Origin: an uncultured Gemmatimonadales bacterium
GTDB taxonomy: Bacteria > Gemmatimonadota > Gemmatimonadetes > Gemmatimonadales > GWC2-71-9
Assembly: GCA_963695555.1 (NCBI GenBank)
Contig: CAVOGR010000007.1
Coordinates: forward strand, 416,001-480,000
Direction: 5' to 3'
DNA length: 64,000 nucleotides
Positions 55,739 to 64,000 of the stretch are shown piece after piece. How positions within the stretch are numbered: position 1 is the stretch's first letter; each line of letters begins with the position of its first letter. The translations under genes and the position numbers were made by a program. Below the pieces are notes generated by a model that was not told where the DNA came from, ran no database searches, and saw nothing but the letters and a program-made list of their open reading frames with translations.

Positions 55739-56991
55739 ATCTCCCGCTTCGGACGGCGGCGGCCGATTGACTGGCTCAGCGTCCGGACCCCGGCAATCAA
55801 CCGGTCGACCTCGTCCTCAGTGGTGTAACACGCGCAGCCGGCTCGTACTACTCCCTCGGATCCGAGACCCAGGCGCCGGATGGCCGTCTGGGCGTAGAAA
55901 TCCCCGTGCGAGGTGAACACCGCTTGATCGGCCAGGGCGCGTGCCACCGCTTCCGCCGAGGCTCCGGCCAGGGTGAACGCCACGGTAGCGGTGCGAGGCA
56001 TGCCTGGAGGCGGCCCGTAGAGGGTCACCCCCTCGACGGCCTGGAGTCCCCGCCACAGCCGGCGTGCGAGCGCGTCTTCCCGCACTTCCAACTCAGTGAA
56101 CGCGCGGGCGAGCCGTTCGCGAGTCGTACCGTTGCCGTCATCGAGCGAGGCCAGCCAATCCACGGCGGCGGCCGCGCCGATGATACCCTCATGATTGAGC
56201 GTTCCGGTTTCAAATCGTTCCGGCGCCCGCTGCCCAGCCGGCTGGAGCCGGGGGGCATCGAGCCGGTCGAGCAGCTCGCGCCGGCCCCAGAGCACCCCGA
56301 TGTGGGGCCCGTGGAACTTGTACGCCGAGCACACGAAGAAGTCGGCGCCGACGGCAGTGACATCGGGGAGACGGTGCGGGGCGTAGTGGACCCCGTCGAC
56401 AAACACCAGCGCATCGACCGCGTGAGCCAGGTCCGCCGCACGGCGCACATCGTTGATGGTGCCCAGGGCGTTCGAAGCAGCGCCGATGGCGAGCAGGGCC
56501 GTCTTGCTCGTCAGGTGTCGCTCGAGATCATCCCAATCGAGCTGTCCGGTTTCGGCGACCATGCGAACCGTCCGCACCTCGACGTCATAGTCCTTGGTCA
56601 GCTCGTGCCAGGGGTCGACGTTGGCGTGGTGATCGAGTTCGGTCACCACGATGTCCGACCCCCCTGCAAATGATCGCGCCAAGGCCCGTGAGGCGTGCAG
56701 GGTCAGCGTGGTCATGTTGGCGCCGAACACGATCTCGTCGGAGCCACCGGCGAGAAAGTGGCCGAAGGTCTCGCGGGCCGCGGCGAGGGCACGGTCCGTT
56801 TCGGCGCTTGCTGGATAGGCCCAGTGAGTGTTGGCGTTATGGTGGTAGAGGTAATCCGCCATGGCCGCGGGAACCGCCCGGGGAACCTGCGTTCCGCCTG
56901 GGCCGTCGAAATACGCCACCGGCCGGCCCTGGTGCCGGCGCTCGAGCGCCGGGAAGTGACTGCGGATCTGGGACGGGGACGGGAGCGTCAT
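55735..56991 (-). CDS. Cysteine desulfurase-like class V PLP enzyme (VC1184-type)
   Basis: [43 protein letters not shown]. Confidence 0.88.
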   Translation of the reverse strand: MTLPSPSQIRSHFPALERRHQGRPVAYFDGPGGTQVPRAVPAAMADYLYHHNANTHWAYPASAETDRALAAARETFGHFLAGGSDEIVFGANMTTLTLHASRALARSFAGGSDIVVTELDHHANVDPWHELTKDYDVEVRTVRMVAETGQLDWDDLERHLTSKTALLAIGAASNALGTINDVRRAADLAHAVDALVFVDGVHYAPHRLPDVTAVGADFFVCSAYKFHGPHIGVLWGRRELLDRLDAPRLQPAGQRAPERFETGTLNHEGIIGAAAAVDWLASLDDGNGTTRERLARAFTELEVREDALARRLWRGLQAVEGVTLYGPPPGMPRTATVAFTLAGASAEAVARALADQAVFTSHGDFYAQTAIRRLGLGSEGVVRAGCACYTTEDEVDRLIAGVRTLSQSIGRRRPKREM

Positions 56992-57087
56992 ACAGTACAC
57001 CGGCCGAAAGCGGTGGGGGACAGTGGCTTGAACGTCCGAAGATAACAGGAGACCCGGAAGACCGGCCGGGAGCGGGGCGTGGGGTAG

Positions 57088-57114
57088 AAAAAGCGCCCCG
57101 CTCACGCGGGGCGC
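57088..57114 (-). terminator. Intrinsic terminator after glmS
   Basis: Minus strand gcgccccgc-gtga-gcggggcgc followed by TTTTT. Confidence 0.75.
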
Positions 57115-57146
57115 GAACAGGGCGGTGGCGGGGATCCTCTAGACTG

Positions 57147-58973
57147 CTACTCGACCGTGACCGACTTGGCGAGGTTTCGTGGTTGGTCCACGTTGCATCC
57201 CCGCCGAACCGCCACGTAGTACGCGAACAGCTGGAGCGGCAGGCTCGTCAGAATCGGGGTCAGGAGATCGAGCGTTTCGGGAATCGCGAAGGTCTTGTCC
57301 GCGAGTCGCTCGATCGCGTCGTCATCCGAGTTGATCAAGGCGATGACCCGCCCGCCCCGTGCCTTCACCTCTTCGATGTTGGACACGATCTTCGAGTGTA
57401 CCCCATCCTTCGGGGCGATGAAGATCACGGGCATGTTCTCGTCGATGAGCGCGATGGGTCCGTGCTTCATCTCCGCAGCCGGGTATCCCTCGGCATGAAT
57501 GTAGGAGATTTCCTTCAGCTTGAGCGCGCCCTCCAACGCGGCAGGGAAATTCACGCCCCGACCCAAGTAGAGCACGTTGTTCGAGCCGAGCAGTTCTTCC
57601 GCGAGACGTTCCACCTCCGGCGCGCGGTCGAGGATCTGCTGGATCTTATCCGGAAGCTCGCGCAGGGCCTGGATGAATTGCCGGCCCTGGAGAATGCTCA
57701 TGTCCTTTAGCCGCGCCAACCGCAACGTGAACAAGGCGAGGACGGCGAGCTGGCTGGTGAACGCCTTGGTGCTGGCGACACCGATTTCCGGTCCGGCGTG
57801 AAGGTAGGTCCCGCCCTCGACTTCCCGCGCAATGGTGGACCCGACCACGTTGACGAACCCCAGGGTTCTCGCGCCGCGAGCCTTGGCCTCACGAATGGCG
57901 GCGAGCGTATCGGCGGTCTCGCCCGACTGGGAGATGCCGATGACCAAGGTCCGCTCGTCGATGACGGGATTCCGGTAGCGGAATTCCGAAGCGTATTCCA
58001 CCTCGACCGGCACCCGGGCCAGCTCCTCGATCATGTATTCGCCGATCAGGCCGGCATGCCACGACGTGCCGCACGCCGTGATCACGATGCGGTCGATACC
58101 CTTCAGCTCATCGTCCGTGAGATTGAGCCCCAGGAGTCGCGCCGTGCCGTCCTCGTCCAACAGGTGGCCACGCAGCGTGTTCCGGAGGCTCTCGGGCTGC
58201 TCGAAGATCTCCTTCAACATGAAGTGCTCGAAACCGCCGCGCTCGATGGTGGCGAGATCCCATTCGATCTGACTCACCGGCTTCTCGATCTCCATGACGT
58301 CGAGGTCGCGCACGCGATAGCCGTCGCGCGTCAACACCACCATCTCTCCATCGTCGAGATACACTACCGACCGGGTGTGCTCGAGCAGCGGCGAGGCATC
58401 CGACGCCACGAACCACTCATCGGCGCCGACCCCCACGAGCAGGGGCGATCCTTTCCGGGCCGCGACCAACACGTCCGGCTGCGCGGCCGAGATCACCGCG
58501 ATCCCGTAGGCGCCGTCCACCTCACGGAGCGCGCTTGCGACGGCCTCTTCCAAGTCGCCATCGAACAAGGCACCAATGAGGTGCGCCAGCACCTCGGTAT
58601 CGGTATCCGACTTGAATGTATGACCGCGATTGGAGAGCGCGGTGCGGATGGCATTGGCGTTCTCGATGATCCCGTTATGGATCACCGCGATGGTGCCGGA
58701 TTGGTCGGTATGCGGATGCGCATTGACCTCGGTCGGCGCACCGTGAGTGGCCCAGCGCGTATGGGCGATGCCCACGGTGCCCTTCGGGAGTTTACCCGCG
58801 AGTGCCTTCTCGAGATTCGACAGCTTGCCGGCGGTCTTGGTGATCTCGAGGCCGCCCCCATTGAGGAGCGCGATCCCAGCCGAATCGTAGCCGCGGTACT
58901 CGAGGCGCCGGAGACCATCCAACAGCAGGTGACCCGCCTGGCGGGGGCCGATGTATCCCACGATGCCACACAT
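57147..58973 (-). CDS. glmS: Glutamine--fructose-6-phosphate transaminase
   Basis: MCGIVG, EYRGYDS, HTRWATHG, SQSGETADT, PRNLAKSVTVE. Confidence 0.99.
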   Translation of the reverse strand: MCGIVGYIGPRQAGHLLLDGLRRLEYRGYDSAGIALLNGGGLEITKTAGKLSNLEKALAGKLPKGTVGIAHTRWATHGAPTEVNAHPHTDQSGTIAVIHNGIIENANAIRTALSNRGHTFKSDTDTEVLAHLIGALFDGDLEEAVASALREVDGAYGIAVISAAQPDVLVAARKGSPLLVGVGADEWFVASDASPLLEHTRSVVYLDDGEMVVLTRDGYRVRDLDVMEIEKPVSQIEWDLATIERGGFEHFMLKEIFEQPESLRNTLRGHLLDEDGTARLLGLNLTDDELKGIDRIVITACGTSWHAGLIGEYMIEELARVPVEVEYASEFRYRNPVIDERTLVIGISQSGETADTLAAIREAKARGARTLGFVNVVGSTIAREVEGGTYLHAGPEIGVASTKAFTSQLAVLALFTLRLARLKDMSILQGRQFIQALRELPDKIQQILDRAPEVERLAEELLGSNNVLYLGRGVNFPAALEGALKLKEISYIHAEGYPAAEMKHGPIALIDENMPVIFIAPKDGVHSKIVSNIEEVKARGGRVIALINSDDDAIERLADKTFAIPETLDLLTPILTSLPLQLFAYYVAVRRGCNVDQPRNLAKSVTVE

Positions 58974-58985
58974 ACGGAGTACTCC

Positions 58986-60356
58986 CTACTGCAGAATCTC
59001 GCGGCAGGCCGCGACCAGGTTGTCCGCCTCAGCCCGGGTTGGGGCCTCGGCGATGATCCGCACGATCGGCTCGGTGCCGCTGGGCCGGAGATGAAGCCAC
59101 CGGTCGGACCAGGCCAGCCGGAGCCCGTCACGTCGGTCAGGTGTTGCGTCCGCGAATCGGTCGCTCAGCGCCCCATAGGCTGGCTCCAGGTCCGATCCCC
59201 GCGGAAGCTTCGACTTCACGATGTGGTAGCGGGGCGCGGCCTCCACCAACGACGAAACCGTAGCGCCTTGCCGCGCAAGCAGATGCAATATCAGGGCCAC
59301 CCCAACCGGCGCATCCCGGCCCACGTGGAGGCTCGGCAGGATCACCCCACCGTTGCCCTCCCCGCCAATCTCGGCTTGTTCCTCCACAATTGCCCGGGCC
59401 ACGTTGGCCTCCCCGACCGGGGCCCTCACCATCCGGGCTCCGGTGGCCCGAGCCGCGTCCTCCACCACGAGGCTGGTCGACAGGTTGGCCACCACCACCC
59501 GACGATTGGAGACGTCCGGCGGGGCCGGTGACCCGAAGACGGACCGGACCGCGAAGGCGAGCGTGTAGTCCTCACCGATGGCGTGCCCTTGCTCGTCAAC
59601 CAGGGCAAGCCGGTCCACGTCCGGGTCGACCGCGAAACCGAGGTCTGCATTTGTCTCGGCGACTAACCGCTCCAGGTCGCCCAGGTGCTCCGGCACGGGC
59701 TCCGGCGGTCGCGGGAACAGACCATCGGTCTCCAGATTGATTCCCATGACGGTGCATCCGAGCCGCTCCAGCAGTGCTGGAATGGCGGTGCCGCCCGCCC
59801 CGCGAACACAGTCGAGCGCTACCGTGAAGCTGCGCTTCCGGATGGCCGGCACGTCGAGGTGAGGAAGCTGGAGCACCGCCTCGAGGTGACGCTCGACCGC
59901 GCCGTTGTCCGAGACGACCTGGCCGATTCGATCCCAGCCCACCCGCTCGGGTCCCTGATCGGCCAACCGCCGAACCTGCGCACCCGCTTCCTCGTCGAGA
60001 AACATGCCGTCCGGCCCCACGAACTTGAGGGCGTTCCACTCGATTGGGTTGTGACTCGCGGTCAGGATGAGACCGGCCCCGGCGTGGTGATGCTCGACGG
60101 CCAGCTGCACGGTTGGAGTGGGAACCAGTCCGACATCGAGAACTTGGACGCCGACCGACATGAGTCCAGCCGTGGCCGCCCGGGCAAACATGGGACCGCT
60201 GGTGCGGGCATCCCGGCCCAGGACCACTCGAGGTGTCCCCCTTGCCCCGGCCCAGGCCCCCAGGGCCGCCGCATATCTGGCCACGAGTTCGGGGGTCAGG
60301 TCGACTCCGACGAGCCCACGCATGCCGGATACGCTGACGATCAGGGTCTGGGACAT
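58986..60356 (-). CDS. glmM: Phosphoglucosamine mutase / phosphohexomutase
   Basis: TASHNP, DPDVDR, GGEGNGG, RPSGTEP; adjacent to glmS. Confidence 0.85.
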   Translation of the reverse strand: MSQTLIVSVSGMRGLVGVDLTPELVARYAAALGAWAGARGTPRVVLGRDARTSGPMFARAATAGLMSVGVQVLDVGLVPTPTVQLAVEHHHAGAGLILTASHNPIEWNALKFVGPDGMFLDEEAGAQVRRLADQGPERVGWDRIGQVVSDNGAVERHLEAVLQLPHLDVPAIRKRSFTVALDCVRGAGGTAIPALLERLGCTVMGINLETDGLFPRPPEPVPEHLGDLERLVAETNADLGFAVDPDVDRLALVDEQGHAIGEDYTLAFAVRSVFGSPAPPDVSNRRVVVANLSTSLVVEDAARATGARMVRAPVGEANVARAIVEEQAEIGGEGNGGVILPSLHVGRDAPVGVALILHLLARQGATVSSLVEAAPRYHIVKSKLPRGSDLEPAYGALSDRFADATPDRRDGLRLAWSDRWLHLRPSGTEPIVRIIAEAPTRAEADNLVAACREILQ

Positions 60357-60482
60357 GTCGGACGGACTCCCAACGGGGAAAGGAGAGGAATCTAAGGGGT
60401 ACGAGGCTCGCGCTTCAACGCAAAACTTGCCGCAAGCTTTTGCAGACCATTACGTTCCATGACCTGCGGAATCGGCGGATCA

Positions 60483-61664
60483 ATGACCAGAATATTACCG
60501 AAAGACCGGAACTACGAGTTCGATACCCGGACAGTCCACGCCGGCCAGGAGCCCGATCCTCTGGCCGGGGCGGTCATGCCCCCGATTTACCAGACTTCGA
60601 CCTACGTCCAGGAAGGCCTGGGGCGGCATAAGGGCTACGAGTACGCCCGGACCCAGAACCCCACCCGGGAGGCCCTGGAGCGGAACATTGCCAGCCTCGA
60701 GGGCGGAACGCACGGCCTGGCCTTTGCCTCCGGGCTCGCGGCACTGGACGCTACGCTCAAGCTGTTGAAGGCCGGCGATCACGTCGTCTCGGGGCAGAAC
60801 ATCTACGGCGGAAGCCACCGCCTCATGGAACAGATCTACACGGGACTGGGGCTCACGTTCTCGTTCGTCGACATGCGCGACATCGCGAACGTGGAACGCG
60901 CCCTCACGGCCCGAACCCGAATGATCTTCTGTGAGACGCCCACCAATCCCATGATGCACCTCACGGACCTGAGCGCCCTGGGGGATCTCGCCCAATCGCG
61001 GGGGCACCTCCTGGTGGTGGACAACACGTTTGCCTCGCCGTATTTCCAGCGTCCGCTCACGAGCGGAGCCGACCTCGTGTTGCACAGCACCACCAAGTAT
61101 CTCAATGGGCACAGCGACATGGTCGGCGGACTCCTAGTGACATCCCGTGACGACGTGGCCGAGCGGCTCGGGTTCATCCAGAACGCAGCCGGAGCGGTGC
61201 CGGGACCACTGGACTGCTGGCTCGCCCTTCGGGGCCTCAAGACGCTGTCGCTCCGCATGGAGCGGCATGACGCGAACGGGCGCCACGTGGCGGAGTGGCT
61301 AAGCCATCAATCGGACGTGACCCAGGTGTACTATCCCGGCCTCCCGTCCCATCCACAGCACGACCTGGCAAAGCGGCAGATGTCCGGATTCGGAGGAATG
61401 ATCTCGTTCGACCTGGGCGACGCGCCGCGTGCCCGGCGCTTCGCGGAGAGCACCACGGTGTTTAGCCTGGCCGAGTCGCTGGGCGGTGTCGAGAGCCTCA
61501 TTGGCCATCCGGCTTCGATGACTCACGCCTCGGTCCCGCGCGCACTCCGGGAGAGTTTCGGGCTGACCGACAGCCTGCTCCGGCTGAGCTGCGGCATCGA
61601 GGACCCGCGCGACCTCATCAACGATTTGAGCCACGCGCTGGCGGCCACTCGGAAGGCGGCTTAG
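60483..61664 (+). CDS. Cystathionine gamma-synthase/gamma-lyase
   Basis: PIYQTST, YARTQNPT, ETPTNP, DNTFA, HSTTKYLNGHSD, SLGGVES. Confidence 0.93.
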   Translation: MTRILPKDRNYEFDTRTVHAGQEPDPLAGAVMPPIYQTSTYVQEGLGRHKGYEYARTQNPTREALERNIASLEGGTHGLAFASGLAALDATLKLLKAGDHVVSGQNIYGGSHRLMEQIYTGLGLTFSFVDMRDIANVERALTARTRMIFCETPTNPMMHLTDLSALGDLAQSRGHLLVVDNTFASPYFQRPLTSGADLVLHSTTKYLNGHSDMVGGLLVTSRDDVAERLGFIQNAAGAVPGPLDCWLALRGLKTLSLRMERHDANGRHVAEWLSHQSDVTQVYYPGLPSHPQHDLAKRQMSGFGGMISFDLGDAPRARRFAESTTVFSLAESLGGVESLIGHPASMTHASVPRALRESFGLTDSLLRLSCGIEDPRDLINDLSHALAATRKAA

Positions 61665-61739
61665 CGTGGAACTGTCTCATTCTGAAACCTGTGACCCATC
61701 CGGCCGTAGGGGCCGGTAACCCCTTCCCGAGAACTCCTC

Positions 61740-62753
61740 ATGTCCAACCCACCCGCCATTCGGACGCGGAAAGCCTTCCCCGAAATCTCGGCCGTCAGCT
61801 GGGAGCACCCGGCCGATCGGGCCGCGCTGCAGACGCTTCGTGCTGTCCCGGGATTCGACGACATCGTCCGGAAGATCATCGGCATTCTCGGTGGTGAGCG
61901 CGGCATCCGGCTCCTCTTCCAAGGCAATGCCGTGCGGGCCGGCACCAACCAGTTCCCCCGGGTGTACGCGACGCATGTCGAAGTCGCGGCGACATTCGGC
62001 TGGCCCACGGTGCCCGAGCTGTACGTGTCGCAAACACCGGTCTTCAACGCCGGCGCGTTCGGCGTCGACGATCCGTTCATCGTGATGCACTCGGCCGCGC
62101 TCGAGATGCTGGATGACGACGAACTCCGTGTCCTGATCGCCCACGAGATGGGACATGTGGTGAGCGGCCACGCGCTCTACCGGACCATCGCCGAGATCAT
62201 CTTGGCCGTGAGCTTCTCGGCGCTGCCCATCCTCGCCGGGATTGCCCTCCTGCCCATCCGGCTCGCGATTCTCGAATGGCACCGGAAGTCCGAGCTGTCG
62301 AGCGACCGGGCAGGCCTGCTCGGGAGCCAGGACATCCTCGCCTCGCAGCGGCTGTTCATGAAGATGGCGGGCGGCACCCGGGGCCAGATCCGCCAAGGGG
62401 AGATGGACCTGAACGCGTTCATGGCGCAGGCCAACGAGTATCGAACCCAAAACGAGGGATTCGACTTCCTCTACAAGATTCTGAACACCCTCGCGCTGAC
62501 CCACCCGATGAATACCGTTCGCGCCGCCGAGCTCCAGCAGTGGGTCGTGGGTGGTGAGTACGACCGCATTCTTCGCGGCGAGTACACCCGCCGCGGGACC
62601 GAAGCGAAGGATCGGTCGTTGAAGGACGATCTCTCCGCGGCCGGGAGTCACTACGCCGACGAGGCGCGGGACGCGGCCTCCCAAGTGGTCGATGCCGCGA
62701 GACGCGCCGCGGACAAGGTGCGAGAGGCCTTCCGCAAAGCCCGCAACACGTGA
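61740..62753 (+). CDS. M48 family zinc metallopeptidase
   Basis: HEMGH, ELSSDRAGL, THP motifs. Confidence 0.9.
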   Translation: MSNPPAIRTRKAFPEISAVSWEHPADRAALQTLRAVPGFDDIVRKIIGILGGERGIRLLFQGNAVRAGTNQFPRVYATHVEVAATFGWPTVPELYVSQTPVFNAGAFGVDDPFIVMHSAALEMLDDDELRVLIAHEMGHVVSGHALYRTIAEIILAVSFSALPILAGIALLPIRLAILEWHRKSELSSDRAGLLGSQDILASQRLFMKMAGGTRGQIRQGEMDLNAFMAQANEYRTQNEGFDFLYKILNTLALTHPMNTVRAAELQQWVVGGEYDRILRGEYTRRGTEAKDRSLKDDLSAAGSHYADEARDAASQVVDAARRAADKVREAFRKARNT

Positions 62754-64000
62754 GGATCCTGGTCGTTGGCGGCGGCGGGAGGGAACACGCGCTCGCGTGG
62801 ACCCTCCGCCGCGAGGACCCGACGGCCGACATGTTCTGTGCCCCTGGGAATCCCGGCACGGCCGCGCTCGCCACCAACCTCCCCATCACCGCCGACGACG
62901 GGGACGGGCTCGTCGCTGCCGCGGCGCACAGCTCCATCGACCTTACGATCATCGGTCCGGAGGCCCCTCTGGCCGCCGGACTGGCCGACCGGCTTCGTGC
63001 GGCAGGCAGGGCCGTCTTCGGCCCTCAGAGCGCCGCCGCCCAACTCGAGGCCTCCAAGGCCTTCTCCAAGGAAGTGATGCGGCGGGCCGGCGTGCCGACC
63101 GCGAAGGCTCGTGCCTTCACGTCGGTCGATCACGCCCTCAAATACATCCGTACCCATCCCGAACCGCTCGTCGTCAAGGCCTCGGGCCTCGCGGCCGGCA
63201 AGGGTGTCATCGTCTGCGAGACGCGGGCGGACGCCATGCACGCCGTTCAATCGATGCTCGCCGACCGACGATTTGGAGATGCCGGAAGCCAAGTGCTGGT
63301 GGAGCAATTCCTCGAGGGTGAGGAGACGTCCATTCTCGCCGTGACCGACGGCGAGGAGATTGTGCTGCTTCCCGCATCCCAGGATCACAAACGGTTGAGC
63401 GAGCGCGATACCGGTCCCAACACTGGCGGGATGGGGGCCTACAGTCCCGTCTCGATCGTGACGCCCGAGCTGCTCGCGCGGGTCCGGGAGGAGGTTCTCG
63501 CGCCGACGCTCGAGGAGATGCGGCGCGCCGGCCAGCCGTTTACCGGAGTGTTGTACGCGGGTCTCATGATCGACTCGGCAGGCAATCCGTGGGTGGTGGA
63601 GTTCAACTGTCGCTTCGGTGACCCGGAAGCCCAGGTGGTGCTCCCGCTGGTGTCTGGCGGCCTCACCGAGAGCCTCATGGCCGTGGCACAGGGCAGGCCG
63701 CCGACTCCGATCGCGGTCGAGCCGAATGCCACGGCGGTCACGACGGTCCTGGCCGCCCGGGGCTACCCGGACCGACCGAAGCGCGGCGCGGCAATCACCA
63801 TCCCGGAGGACCTGGATCCTGGGGTGACGGTCTTTCATGCGGGCACCAAGCGCGACGAGGCCGGGAGGCTCTCGGTGAGCGGCGGCCGGGTGCTCGCGGT
63901 GACCGCGGTGGCCTCGAACATCGAGAAGGCGTGCCGCCTTTCGCGGGAGGCGGCGGAACGCATCACCTTCGAGGGCAAACATTTTCGGCCCGACATCGGA
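62750..64000 (+). CDS. purD: Phosphoribosylamine--glycine ligase, runs off the window end
   Basis: GTG 62750 reads MRILVVGGGGREHAL..PGNPG..GPEAPL..KASGLAAGKGV..QDHKR..GPNTGGMGAY..EFNCRFGDPE; absent from the ORF track because there is no stop. Confidence 0.96.
   Translation, partial: MRILVVGGGGREHALAWTLRREDPTADMFCAPGNPGTAALATNLPITADDGDGLVAAAAHSSIDLTIIGPEAPLAAGLADRLRAAGRAVFGPQSAAAQLEASKAFSKEVMRRAGVPTAKARAFTSVDHALKYIRTHPEPLVVKASGLAAGKGVIVCETRADAMHAVQSMLADRRFGDAGSQVLVEQFLEGEETSILAVTDGEEIVLLPASQDHKRLSERDTGPNTGGMGAYSPVSIVTPELLARVREEVLAPTLEEMRRAGQPFTGVLYAGLMIDSAGNPWVVEFNCRFGDPEAQVVLPLVSGGLTESLMAVAQGRPPTPIAVEPNATAVTTVLAARGYPDRPKRGAAITIPEDLDPGVTVFHAGTKRDEAGRLSVSGGRVLAVTAVASNIEKACRLSREAAERITFEGKHFRPDIG

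Noticed and set aside
58974..58985. glmS ribozyme
   Set aside because: Only 12 bp separate glmM and glmS, leaving no room
57798..59531. 577-aa plus-strand ORF and similar long antisense ORFs (e.g. 20388-21566, 23446-24816, 51099-52493)
   Set aside because: They lie opposite well-supported genes, are expected from high-GC codon bias and show no recognisable motifs
62651..63982. 443-aa minus-strand ORF
   Set aside because: Antisense shadow of purD, which has clear motifs on the plus strand

Overview
High-GC bacterial chromosomal window. Gene content and style (many Hanks kinases, tig-clpP-clpX-yihA, pst-phoU-ppx) suggest Gemmatimonadota, but this is inference. In order: (1) the end of a PhoR-like kinase, a phosphate porin, pstSCABB, phoU and ppx; (2) a 10.5-kb cluster of four Ser/Thr kinases in which two paralogous membrane receptor-like kinases are each followed by a secreted Cys-motif protein, and the two partners share a domain I do not recognise; (3) a TetR-led bacterial microcompartment operon of sugar-phosphate-utilisation type (RpiB, DeoC, acylating AldDH, 1 BMC-H, 2 BMC-T, 3 BMC-P; rpiB and deoC each frameshifted), facing SIMPL/tpiA/rhomboid; (4) dnaK, degP and a CaCA antiporter; (5) a giant cation-chloride-cotransporter fusion plus an MscS-like gene bracketed by matching G-rich heptamer repeats; (6) tRNA-Leu(TAG) followed by two structured 90-bp repeats carrying tRNA 3' ends; (7) housekeeping and signalling genes through a partial purD. 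No CRISPR array, integrase or transposase was seen. All calls come from reading motifs by eye, without database searches.
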